This document shows positions 17,294 through 25,853 of a stretch of DNA of 32,000 nucleotides, in pieces. A program made the position numbers and the translations under genes. Position 1 is the first letter of the stretch; every line of letters begins with the position of its first letter. The stretch comes from Candidatus Nanopusillus sp. (lineage in GTDB: Archaea; Nanobdellota; Nanobdellia; Nanobdellales; Nanobdellaceae). The stretch spans positions 46,565 to 78,564 of the forward strand of contig JAPWTW010000005.1 of assembly GCA_028275885.1 (NCBI GenBank). Reading direction: 5' to 3'. Below the pieces are notes generated by a model. That model worked only from the letters and a program-made list of their open reading frames with translations, had not been told where the DNA came from and did not search any database.

Positions 17294-18311
17294 TTATGAA
17301 AGAATTCCATTCATTTTTTATGTATTCTTCTTCATTTATTTCCATTTTATATGATGGTTTTAATCTTATTCTATGTGGTAATATTGATAGTAAAGATTCA
17401 AATATATGTTGAATTTCAACATTTTCTTTTTTATCTATTATTGCTAATGCCTGAGCTTTTTCATAAATACCAATTGTAGATCTAACTGATGGTTTCTTTT
17501 CTAATTTATCATCTTTTCTCAATTTTTGTATAAATTCAATTATTAATTCCAACAATTTTTCAGGAAAGTTAACATCTAAATTCTTTCCATATTTTAATAT
17601 AATTTTCTTTTCTTCCTCAATATCTTTTGGATAATCTAAATTTATTATGTCAAATCTATCTAATAATACATCAGATATTTTTTCAGTTCCATAATAACTT
17701 TCAGGATTCATTGTAGCAATAAATATTATATCCAATGGTATTTGAAATTCATATGTTCCAATTGTTATTTTCTTTTCTTCTAACAATTCTAACAAACTAT
17801 TTTGAACTTTTGGAGGTGCTCTATTTATTTCATCAAAGAATAATACACCATGATGTGCTCTAAATATTTTTCCAGGTATAAAAGATTCTAAAGAATGTAT
17901 TCCATATTTCAATGCTTTTGAAGGATCAATATCTCCAATTAAATCTTCTACAGATAGATCATAAGAACCTTGTATTCTAATAAATCTATCTTCTCCCTTT
18001 ATTTTTATAAAAGGACCTTCTTTCCATTTTTTTCTATATTCTTCAGGGACAAAAGGAAATTCTTCATATGCCCATAATGGAATTCCATCTGGAAAATCAA
18101 TTTCTGGTAATAATTTTGCAATATTTTTTGCTAATGTTGTTTTTCCAGTACCTGGAGGTCCTATTATTAATATATTTCTTCCAGAAATTAATGAAGATAA
18201 TATTTGTCTTTTTGCATTTTCTTGTCCGATTATAGAATCAAATGGATCTTTTCCTTTCTTAATATAATTATTAATTATTATATCCTTTATTTGTTCTCTT
18301 ATTTTGATCAT
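17271..18311 (-). CDS. MoxR/ChlI-like AAA+ ATPase
   Basis: Walker A is ILIIGPPGTGKTTLAKNIA. Walker B/sensor region is GVLFFDEINRAPPKVQNSLLELLEEKKITI. FIATMNP and LLDRFD are typical of the MoxR/Mg-chelatase-I clade. Confidence 0.85.
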   Translation of the reverse strand: MIKIREQIKDIIINNYIKKGKDPFDSIIGQENAKRQILSSLISGRNILIIGPPGTGKTTLAKNIAKLLPEIDFPDGIPLWAYEEFPFVPEEYRKKWKEGPFIKIKGEDRFIRIQGSYDLSVEDLIGDIDPSKALKYGIHSLESFIPGKIFRAHHGVLFFDEINRAPPKVQNSLLELLEEKKITIGTYEFQIPLDIIFIATMNPESYYGTEKISDVLLDRFDIINLDYPKDIEEEKKIILKYGKNLDVNFPEKLLELIIEFIQKLRKDDKLEKKPSVRSTIGIYEKAQALAIIDKKENVEIQHIFESLLSILPHRIRLKPSYKMEINEEEYIKNEWNSFIIGKDFRS

Positions 18312-18348
18312 ATTAATTATTTTATATCTTTCTTTAAAATATATAATT

Positions 18349-19038
18349 ATGGTTATATTTTATAGTTTAAAGGGAGTAGCAATAGATTTAGATGGGACAC
18401 TTATAAATAGCTTAAAAGTTTATGATGAAGCCCATAAAAAAATATTAGAAAAATATAATGTAAAGATAGAAGGTTCATTAGATAATTCTGGAATGCCTTT
18501 AGAAGAAATAATGCATAATATAATAAGGAAATATAATTTAAATATATCAATTGAAGATTTAAAAAAAGAATTTGAAAATATTATATTAAATGAATATATA
18601 GAAAAAATAAAATTTAATCCAGGGGCAAAGCAAATATTAAATTATTTTAAGGATAAAAAATATAAAATGGCAATTTTTACTTCAAATACTAGAAGATTAA
18701 CAATAGAAATATTAAAATATCTGCATATAGATAATTTATTTGATGTTATAATAACTTCTGATGATGTAAAACAAACAAAACCAGATCCAGAAGGATATAT
18801 TAAAATAGTAAGAGCATTTTCTTTATTACCAAATGAAATATTAGCAATAGAAGATTCTATATATGGTATTATTGCTGCAAAGAGGGCTGGAATAAATGTA
18901 ATAGGAGTTACTAGTGGTACAAATAAAAAGAGAGAACTAATTTCTGCCGGTGCTACAATGGTATTCAAAAATTTAAAGGAATTATATAATTATCTTGTAG
19001 AAGAAGATAATAAGAATAATCAAAGAAATAATCAATAA
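18349..19038 (+). CDS. HAD-superfamily hydrolase (beta-phosphoglucomutase/phosphatase-like, subfamily IA)
   Basis: Motif I is AIDLDGTLINS, motif II is FTSN, and motifs III/IV are KPDPEGY...EDSIYGIIAAKRAGI. The ORF is open from 18304, but that start would overlap the divergent ATPase start. I prefer M16 (MVIFYSLKG...); the start is uncertain. Confidence 0.8.
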   Translation: MVIFYSLKGVAIDLDGTLINSLKVYDEAHKKILEKYNVKIEGSLDNSGMPLEEIMHNIIRKYNLNISIEDLKKEFENIILNEYIEKIKFNPGAKQILNYFKDKKYKMAIFTSNTRRLTIEILKYLHIDNLFDVIITSDDVKQTKPDPEGYIKIVRAFSLLPNEILAIEDSIYGIIAAKRAGINVIGVTSGTNKKRELISAGATMVFKNLKELYNYLVEEDNKNNQRNNQ

Positions 19039-19218
19039 GATAATTAATAATATAATTGACAGCTGGTAAGAATTTGATATTAATATTGGTATTGGACCTA
19101 TTAATATTAATCCAGCAAATTTTGTGTTAGAAGAATTTGATAATGAGTAAATAAATAATAAAATTATTGAAATAAATAGAAAAATAATTGATAAAATTAA
19201 AAGTATGTTATTGTTCAT
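18982..19218 (-). CDS. Small multi-pass membrane protein (78 aa), possibly the archaeal DUF131/TIGR00304-like family
   Basis: There are two to three hydrophobic helices. GLILIGPIPILIS resembles the GPIPI motif I associate with that family; this is from memory and needs a search. It overlaps the upstream gene by 11 nt, so it is probably co-translated. Confidence 0.4.
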   Translation of the reverse strand: MNNNILLILSIIFLFISIILLFIYSLSNSSNTKFAGLILIGPIPILISNSYQLSIILLIILLIISLIILIIFFYKIII

Positions 19219-19483
19219 CTAATTTTAATTTATAAAATTTTGAATGGCCGAAATGAATTATTAAATCAAATCCATATTTATCTAAATATATTGGTATATC
19301 ACATCCACCAAAATCCGATCCAAACCAAATATATATTTCAATATTTTTATATTTTTCCTTTATTTTATCATATATTTCCTTAGAATATGGTTTTAAACCA
19401 TCAGGAAATTGCAATAATATTTTTTTATATTTTTTTCTATCTAATGCTTCAAATATTTTATCTAATTCAAAATCTATTTCCAT
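19208..19483 (-). CDS. dph2: Diphthamide synthesis protein Dph2 (2-(3-amino-3-carboxypropyl)histidine synthase), N-terminal fragment only (91 aa)
   Basis: FELDKIFEALDRKKYKKILLQFPDGLKPYSKEIYDKIKEK...GSDFGGCDIPIYLDKYGFDLIIHFGHS matches the N-terminal domain of archaeal Dph2, recalled as VLLQFPEGLK...YGACD...HFGH. A stop follows about 10 aa after HFGHS, whereas full-length proteins are about 330 aa. Confidence 0.7.
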   Translation of the reverse strand: MEIDFELDKIFEALDRKKYKKILLQFPDGLKPYSKEIYDKIKEKYKNIEIYIWFGSDFGGCDIPIYLDKYGFDLIIHFGHSKFYKLKLDEQ

Positions 19484-20229
19484 TTAAATATTTTTAATAT
19501 ATTATCTATAAAACTATTTCTAATCTTAAGCTCTTTTCCAGTTATTTTTTCTGCAATTTTTATTATATCTCTGGATGCTATAGAATTTATATTATAATCT
19601 ATTAAAGGTATACCATTATCCATTGAAATTTGTACATTTTCATCATAATGAATTATCCCAATTATTTGCCTTTTAAAAAATCTTTCAATTCTTATATAAT
19701 TTATTTTTTTTCTAACTTTATTTAAAACAATTCCAAAAGTTTTAATATCTAAATTATCTAATACCTTTGTAACTCTATATGCATCTATTAATGATGATTT
19801 CTCAACATTTGTTATTAATATTACTTCTTCAGAAGCTTTTAACGCTTCTATTGCTTCCTTACCAATTCCAGCAGCAGAATCTATAATAATATAATCAAAA
19901 TCATCATATAACTTCATTATTCCATTATGTATTTTTTCTGTAGAGATATATATTAAGTCCTTTATATCTAAACTTCCAGGAATTATATAAAAATTCTCCT
20001 TATATTCTTTTATGCAATCTTTTATATCAATTTCCCCCCTTAAAAATTTATGTATATTATTATTTTCATTACCTAAACCAAGATTTATTGATACATTCGG
20101 TGTACTTAAATTAAAATCAATTAATAATGTTTTAAAATTTAATAATGAGAGAGCCCTTGATAAATTTATAGAAAAGAAGGTTTTTCCTACCCCTCCTTTT
20201 CCAGAAGATATTGTATATATTTTTGCCAT
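19474..20229 (-). CDS. MinD/ParA-family P-loop ATPase (archaeal MinD-like)
   Basis: The deviant Walker A is SSGKGGVGKTFFSINLS. IIIDSAAGIG is the Walker B region. Size and layout match archaeal MinD homologues. Confidence 0.8.
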   Translation of the reverse strand: MAKIYTISSGKGGVGKTFFSINLSRALSLLNFKTLLIDFNLSTPNVSINLGLGNENNNIHKFLRGEIDIKDCIKEYKENFYIIPGSLDIKDLIYISTEKIHNGIMKLYDDFDYIIIDSAAGIGKEAIEALKASEEVILITNVEKSSLIDAYRVTKVLDNLDIKTFGIVLNKVRKKINYIRIERFFKRQIIGIIHYDENVQISMDNGIPLIDYNINSIASRDIIKIAEKITGKELKIRNSFIDNILKIFKWK

Positions 20230-20681
20230 TATATATATTTATTAATAATTGTAGAAAATTTTTTAACAGATTCTGCAATGTCTTTTAATGTCTTTATATT
20301 TATTTCAAATTCTTCCCCGCTTAATGTCCTAAATCTTATAACCATGCTTTTTCTATATTCATTAATTATTCTTGCATCAGAATTTAAAGCAAGTTTTAAT
20401 AGCTTGTAATATTTTAATGATTCTTCAAGTTCTTTATCCTTTGTAATTTCAATTATTTTTTTATACCTTTTAATTGGGCTATCTGGAATTTTATCAATCT
20501 TTTTATTTTCATATAGTTTCTTAAAATATAATTCAATTGCATAGTCATAATATTCAATAACTGCTTTTATAAAACTTTTAACTATTTCTAATCCTTTATT
20601 ATTTTTCAATGAAACATTAAATATATGCAAGACCTCTTTATATCTTCTATTATATTCTAAGTCTTCTTCTAAATTAGACAT
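20229..20681 (-). CDS. Hypothetical all-helical protein (150 aa), translationally coupled to the MinD-like gene
   Basis: This clean ORF's last stop base is shared with the MinD start. I recognise no motif. Confidence 0.5.
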   Translation of the reverse strand: MSNLEEDLEYNRRYKEVLHIFNVSLKNNKGLEIVKSFIKAVIEYYDYAIELYFKKLYENKKIDKIPDSPIKRYKKIIEITKDKELEESLKYYKLLKLALNSDARIINEYRKSMVIRFRTLSGEEFEINIKTLKDIAESVKKFSTIINKYI

Positions 20682-20827
20682 GATATATAAATATTTGCAA
20701 TATATACTAAAGCCGCAAAAATAATTATAAATATTACTATTTTATTTCTATTTAATTTTATCTTTGATTTTTCCTTTCCAAACTTATATAATCCAAGATA
20801 CGTAAATAAGGGTAGTTGGTCAGGCAT
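20669..20827 (-). CDS. Possible preprotein translocase subunit Sec61-beta (archaeal SecG), 52 aa; not in the ORF track
   Basis: My translation is MPDQLPLFTYLGLYKFGKEKSKIKLNRNKIVIFIIIFAALVYIANIYISCLI*. The GL.Y/F...-basic-KIKL-...-single C-terminal TM layout resembles archaeal Sec61-beta, recalled as aGL.rYfde..kikl.P..V. It overlaps the downstream ORF by 13 nt. Confidence 0.45.
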   Translation of the reverse strand: MPDQLPLFTYLGLYKFGKEKSKIKLNRNKIVIFIIIFAALVYIANIYISCLI

Positions 20828-20859
20828 AATTTATATATTTATAAGAAATATATAAAAAA

Positions 20860-21090
20860 GTGGCCGTAGGAAGGTCTGCTTACCGATAAAGCCACCGAGG
20901 AATCGGAGGGGGAAACCCCTGGCTACATAACAAGAAATCACGGGCATATATCCGATGAAGATGAAGAGTTAATACCTGGAGGTAACTCTGGGTAAACTCG
21001 GAGAGGATATATGCACCTTGAGAAATATGTCCTGGCGGTACAAGGCTTGTCCGCTTAGAAAAATATATACTAAAAGCAGCCTACGGCCAC
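20860..21090 (+). ncRNA. rnpB: RNase P RNA, unusually compact (about 231 nt)
   Basis: It is a GC-rich island. The terminal 11-bp helix is GUGGCCGUAGG/CCUACGGCCAC. AGGAAGGUC resembles CR-I GAGGAAAGUCC. GCCA[CCGA-GGAA-UCGG]A[GGGG-GAAA-CCCC]UGGC matches the P7/P8/P9 junction. ACAUAACAAGAAAUCAC, GGUAAC...GGGUAAACUCGGAG and CCGCUUAG resemble conserved J11/12, P10-11 and CR-V (GGCUUA) segments. A TTTATATATTTATA box is centred about 24 nt upstream. Confidence 0.7.
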
Positions 21091-21091
21091 A

Positions 21092-22798
21092 CTAATAACT
21101 TTTTCCTATATATACATAATATTTTGCATCTTCATTACAAAATATGCATTTTTTATCTTTTGCTTCTTCTGGTATAATATCAGTTCCTCTTACATCTAAT
21201 GAGTACTTTTCTTTAATATTTTTTGCACATTCTTCTCTCATACAAAAAGGAGCTTTAAATGATATATTTTTATCTAAATTATTTTCTAGATCTTCTAAAT
21301 TATCTACTTTTAATATTTTATTTTCAAAATATTTTCTTGCCCTTTCTTTCATTTCTTTATCATATTCAACAATTAATCTATTTAATTCATTTAACAAGTT
21401 TTCAAATTTTACTTCATAATTTTTTGATTTATTGTTATATTGTCTTACGGATATTGTAACTGTATTTTTTTCTAATTCTCTTTTGCCAATAGATATTCTA
21501 AATGGTATTCCTAATAGTTCATATTGATTAAATTTCCATCCAGGACTTTTTGTCTCATCTTTATCAATTTTTACTCTATATTTTTCCTTTAATAAATTAT
21601 ATACATTCTCGCAATATTCTAATATTTTGTTTTTTTCATCTTTTGAATAATATATAGGTATGATTATTATTTGAATATTAGATATTTCAAAGGGCAATAT
21701 TAAACCTTTATTATCTCCATGTATTGAAATTACTGCACTTAATGTTCTCATAGATATTCCAAATGATGTTTGCCAAGCAAATTTCTTATTAACTAATTTA
21801 TTTTCATTAAATTTATTTTTAATTATATCATTTATTTTATTTATTAAATCTTTATTATCTTCAGATATTTCTCCACTAAATTCAATATTTCCTTCATAGG
21901 ATCTAACTAATTCTTTATTGTTATATAATTTTATTTTTATTTTATTTTCAGCAATTTCTATTTCATATCTATAATTATTTTCATTAAATGCCTCAAATTT
22001 ATTTTTATTTATTTTTATAAATGGATGTTCATCTTCAAAAATAATATTAAATGCTTTAGAGAAATTTCTTCCCAATAAATGGGTAGTTCCTATCTGTAAA
22101 AATCTTCCATCAGGTAATATAGTCTCTGCAGCTAGAGTATAATCTGCCCCAGCAAATTTATCCCAGTCAGGTCTCTTTACCCACATATGTGGTATTGATA
22201 AATGATCCCAAAATACTTTTGAATAAATTTCCATAGATTTTTTTATCATTCTTTCTGCATCATCTAAATCTTTATGTACAGTATGTGCCTCATTCCATAA
22301 AATTTCTCTTCCCCTAATTAATGGTTTTGTTGCTTTCGTTTCATATCTGTATACTGTATTTGTCATATAAGCTAACAGAGGTAAGTCTCTGTAAGATTTT
22401 ATCCATAAAGAAAACATATAATACATTTCAGTTTCAGATGTTGGTCTTAATATATATTTTATTTCTTTTTCTTCTTCTATTGGTTTTGATGGGGTAACAT
22501 AAAATACTTCAGATTCAAAACCTTTTATATGTTCACTTTCTCTTTTAAATATATCATATGGAATTAATATTGGAAACCAGTATGGTTCAAATCCATTTTT
22601 TTCTAATTCTTCCTCTAAAATATTTAATATCTTTCTAATTGCAAAATATCCATTTGGGTAATAAACAGGCATTCCTTTTATAGGATATCTATCATCAATA
22701 ATCTTAGAAATTCTTACTATATTGTTATACCATTCAGAAAAATTAGAATTCTTATCCAAATTACTTTCTTTCATAGTAGAAAAGGTCTGATGATACAT
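21092..22798 (-). CDS. proS: Prolyl-tRNA synthetase (archaeal/eukaryotic type) with an ~80-aa insertion in the catalytic domain
   Basis: LRPTSET, YRDLPL, RYETK.TKPLIRGREILWNEAHT, QIGTTHLLGRNFSKAF and QTSFGIS...HGDNKGLILP are ProRS signatures. The anticodon-binding domain is present, and the C-terminal Zn-type domain has APFCMREEC...CIFCN. Confidence 0.88.
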   Translation of the reverse strand: MYHQTFSTMKESNLDKNSNFSEWYNNIVRISKIIDDRYPIKGMPVYYPNGYFAIRKILNILEEELEKNGFEPYWFPILIPYDIFKRESEHIKGFESEVFYVTPSKPIEEEKEIKYILRPTSETEMYYMFSLWIKSYRDLPLLAYMTNTVYRYETKATKPLIRGREILWNEAHTVHKDLDDAERMIKKSMEIYSKVFWDHLSIPHMWVKRPDWDKFAGADYTLAAETILPDGRFLQIGTTHLLGRNFSKAFNIIFEDEHPFIKINKNKFEAFNENNYRYEIEIAENKIKIKLYNNKELVRSYEGNIEFSGEISEDNKDLINKINDIIKNKFNENKLVNKKFAWQTSFGISMRTLSAVISIHGDNKGLILPFEISNIQIIIIPIYYSKDEKNKILEYCENVYNLLKEKYRVKIDKDETKSPGWKFNQYELLGIPFRISIGKRELEKNTVTISVRQYNNKSKNYEVKFENLLNELNRLIVEYDKEMKERARKYFENKILKVDNLEDLENNLDKNISFKAPFCMREECAKNIKEKYSLDVRGTDIIPEEAKDKKCIFCNEDAKYYVYIGKSY

Positions 22799-22877
22799 TT
22801 TTAAATATTATATTATCTAATATTATGTATATGATCTTCTCTACCTAAGGTAGAGAAGTGAGCCTGATGATAAAGAT

Positions 22878-22912
22878 GAGGGGGATGAGAGGGAATATAT
22901 AGTCTCAGGAAC
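22878..22912 (+). other. 5' strand of the 23S pre-rRNA processing stem (probable bulge-helix-bulge substrate)
   Basis: GAGGGGGATGAGAGGGAATATATAGTCTCAGGAAC is complementary, with small bulges, to 25817-25848. The core GAGGGAATATATAGTCTC pairs perfectly with GAGACTATATATTCCCTC. Confidence 0.75.
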
Positions 22913-25816
22913 CCGCCCGGTGGATGCCTTGGCTCGGAAGCCGAAGAAGGGCGCGGCAAGCTGCGAAAAGCCGGAGGGAGGTGCATGCAACCGTTGATCT
23001 CCGGATACCCGAATGGGATATCCTGCCGAAAGGCATCCCGTAAGGGAGGGGAACGCGGGGAAGCGAAACATCCTAGTACCCGCAGGAGTAAAAAACAAAT
23101 TGTGATTTCCTGAGTAAGGGCGACCGAAAGGGAAGGAGCCTAAACCGAATCCTCTAAAGTAATTTAGAGGAGATGTGGGGTAATGGAGCGGGAGCTTCCC
23201 ATTATTGTATTCCCAGAACTCCGGTGGAAGTCCGGGGCCGTAGAGGGTGACAGCCCCGTATGGGAATACAATAATGGGATTTCCCGCTTCCGGAGTACCG
23301 GCGGTTGGATTTCCGTCGGGAATTTGGGGGAAACTAGCCCCCAAGGCTAAATACTCTCCGAGTCCGATAGCGTATAGTAGGGCGACCGAAAGGTGAAAAG
23401 AACCCTTGGCAGGGAGTGAAAAGATCCTGAAACCGGGCGGGGATAGTCTGGTAGGGCTAGTTAAGCACCCTATCTGGGAAAATCTGGTGACGGATGAGTA
23501 CCAGATAGGGTGCTAACTAGTTCTACCGTGAGTTTTGAAGAACTTGCGGGGGAGTATACCCGAGTGGCGAGGTTAAGGTTTACACCGGAGCCGTAGGGAA
23601 ACCGAAAGCCCGCAACCTGGGCTTTCCCCAGGTGAGGGGCACCGTCCCATAAGGGCGGTTTAGTCACTCGGGTATGACCGGAAACCGGGCGATCTACCCC
23701 GGGGCAGGGTGAAGCGGGGTTTCCCGTGGAGGCCCGAAGAGGTGGAGCATACTCCTCTCATGACCCTGGGGTAGAGGTGAAAAGCCACTCGGGCCCGGTG
23801 ATAGCCGGTCCCCGCCGAAACTGACCCCAGCCAGGTCTCGGGTTAGGATCCCTATGGTGTAGAGCGACGGATTCCATACGGGTTTCCGTATGGAGTCCAA
23901 CTCCGAAGCCATAGGGTCCGTAGCCCGGGAAACGGGGGTTGCGGGAAAGCCGCAACTCCGAGACGGGAACAACCGAGACCGAGGTTAAGGCCCCAAAGTG
24001 CTGGCTAAACGATGTTGAAGGAGTCTGCCCCCTAAGACATCGGGGATGTGGGCCTAATAGTGGCCATCATCTAAGGAGTGTGTAACAACTCACCCGACGA
24101 GGGGGTAGGCTCCGAAAACGGACGGGTCTAAGCCAGCCGCCGAGACCTCGGTCCGCTGGCAAATGCCAGCGTGAGGTAGGCGGGCGTCCCGATGGCCTAG
24201 AAGGGTTCCCGAAAGGGAGCCTGGAGCCGTCGGGAATGAAGATCCCCGCGGTAGTAAGAATCAGACGGGTGAGAATCCCGTCGGCCGAAAGGGGAAAGGT
24301 TTCCCAGGCAATGAAGATCAGCCTGGGGTTAGTCGATCCTAATCCAGGCTCCGAGAGGAGTCTGGAGAAAGGGAAAGGGGTTAATATTCCCCTACCGCCC
24401 CGATAGATGCGGCAACGCAACGCCCTTTCCCGACCCGGAGGGCTAGGCGTACACGGGGGTGGGGTAAAACCCACTTACCGTGCTAAGGGGGATAGGACCG
24501 GGGAGTACCGTCATGGTGAGAACCGGTCTAAACCCTGATGGGCCCGAAAGGGTTACGCTGAGGCCTTCCGGCAATGAAAAGGGAAAGGGTGCGATTCGGG
24601 GCGATCGTACCGAAATCCAGCATAGGTCCCCTGGGTGAGAAGCCTAAGGCCGTGGGGGTCAAGCCGGTCCAGGGAACTTGGCAAATTGGTCCCGTAACTT
24701 CGGGAGAAGGGATGCCTGCGGTGTGGACCGCAGGTCGCAGTGACAAGGGCGGGCGGACTGTTTACCAAAAACATAGCTCCCAGCAAGCCCGAAAGGGTTT
24801 GTACTGGGGGTGACGTCTGCTCGGCACCGGTATCTGAATCCCCCGTTCAAGGGGGGTAAGGACCGGTAAACGGCGGGGGTAACTCTGACCCTCTTAAGGT
24901 AGCGTAATGCCTTGCCAGTTAAATGCTGGCTCTGCGAACGACGTAACTAGCCCGCCACTGTCCCGGGCCGGCGCCCCCTGAAAAGCTATCCTGGTGAGAA
25001 GGCCAGGGACTTCCGATGGGTAAGAAGGACCCCGTGAAGCTTAACCGCAGCCTGTTGTTGCTCTGAAGAACCTGGTGTGTAGGGTAGCGGGGAGCGATGA
25101 ATTCCTGCCGCTAGGTAGGAAGGATGCGACGATGAAACACCCGCCTCCAGGTTCTTCAGGGCTAACCCGAAAGGGGACAGCGGCAGGTGGGCGGTTTGGC
25201 TGGGGCGGCACCTTGCCGAAAAGGTATCGGCAGGGTCCATAAGGTCAGCTCAGGCGGGTCAGAAATCCGCCGTAGAGGACAAGGCCAAAAGCTGGCCTGA
25301 CTGTGCCCTGACCATCAAGGGGCACAGGGGGGAAACCCGGGCCTAGCGAACCCCGTACTCTCACTAGTGGGGGTACGGGCTGGCGGAAAAGCTACTCCGG
25401 GGGTAACAGCGCCGTCGCGGGCGAGAGCCCCCATTGACCCCGCGGTTTGCGACATCGATGTCGTCTCTCCCCATCCTGGTGGTGCAGAAGCCGCCAAGGG
25501 TGGGGGTGTCCACCCATTAAAGGGGATCGTGAGATGGGTTCAGAACGCCGCGAGGCAGTTCGGTTATAACTGTCGGAAGTGCTGGCCGCCTGAGGGGAAG
25601 GTCCGCCTAGTACGAAAGGAACGGCGGGCCGGGGCCTCTGGTATACGGGCTGTCCGTGAAGGGCATGCCCGGTAGCTACGCCCTAGGGGATAAGCCCTGA
25701 AAGCATCTAAGGGTGAAGCCCCCCTCAAAAATAGGCGGCCGTTAAGGGGTCGGATAAAAGATCCGACTCAGAGCGGCGGTGTAAGCTCCGAAAAGGAGTT
25801 CAGCCGACCGCTTGAA
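22913..25816 (+). rRNA. rrl: 23S rRNA (boundaries approximate, +/- about 10 nt)
   Basis: The 5' region is CCCGGTGGATGCCTTGGCTCGGAAGCCGAAGAAGGGCGCGGCAAGCTGCGAAAAGCC. Conserved GTACCGTGAG-type and GAAAGACCCCGTGAAGCTT-like segments are present (GGACCCCGTGAAGCTTAACCGC). The 3' region is CCTGAAAGCATCTAAGGGTGAAGCC. About 2.9 kb is GC-rich in an AT-rich context. Confidence 0.95.
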
Positions 25817-25848
25817 GTTCCCGTGAGACTATATATTCCCTCGACCCC
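25817..25848 (+). other. 3' strand of the 23S pre-rRNA processing stem
   Basis: GTTCCCGTGAGACTATATATTCCCTCGACCCC pairs with 22878-22912. Confidence 0.75.
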
Positions 25849-25853
25849 AAATT

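Noticed and set aside
18304-18348. The upstream start (MIILIILYLSLKYII...) of the HAD hydrolase ORF.
   Set aside because: It would overlap the divergent MoxR start codon region and would add a hydrophobic, non-conserved 15-aa extension before the DxDGT motif. The internal Met at 18349 is more plausible, though this is unproven.
20860-21090. Alternative identities for the GC-rich RNA: SRP (7S) RNA or a multi-hairpin H/ACA guide RNA. GGAA/GAAA tetraloops, AGCAGCC near the 3' end and an ACA right after the terminal stem prompted the idea.
   Set aside because: There is no helix-8-type GGUCC-GGAA-GGAAGCAGCC arrangement and no Alu-domain UGUAAU-like motif in the right place. A single terminal helix enclosing everything is not H/ACA topology. 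The ordered CR-I-like, P7-P9, GGUAAACUC..GGAG and GCUUA segments fit RNase P better. A covariance-model test is still needed.
21788-22027. The ProRS insertion as a mini-intein.
   Set aside because: It has no N-terminal Cys/Ser, no TxxH block and no terminal HN followed by Cys/Ser/Thr. It is reported instead as a lineage-specific insertion.
22841-25675. Thirteen ORFs of 60-167 aa from the ORF track on both strands (for example 22841-23344, 24067-24474, 25367-25675).
   Set aside because: They lie entirely inside the 23S rRNA. GC-rich rRNA in an AT-rich genome lacks stop codons by chance. The translations are Pro/Gly/Arg-rich and have no protein-like features.
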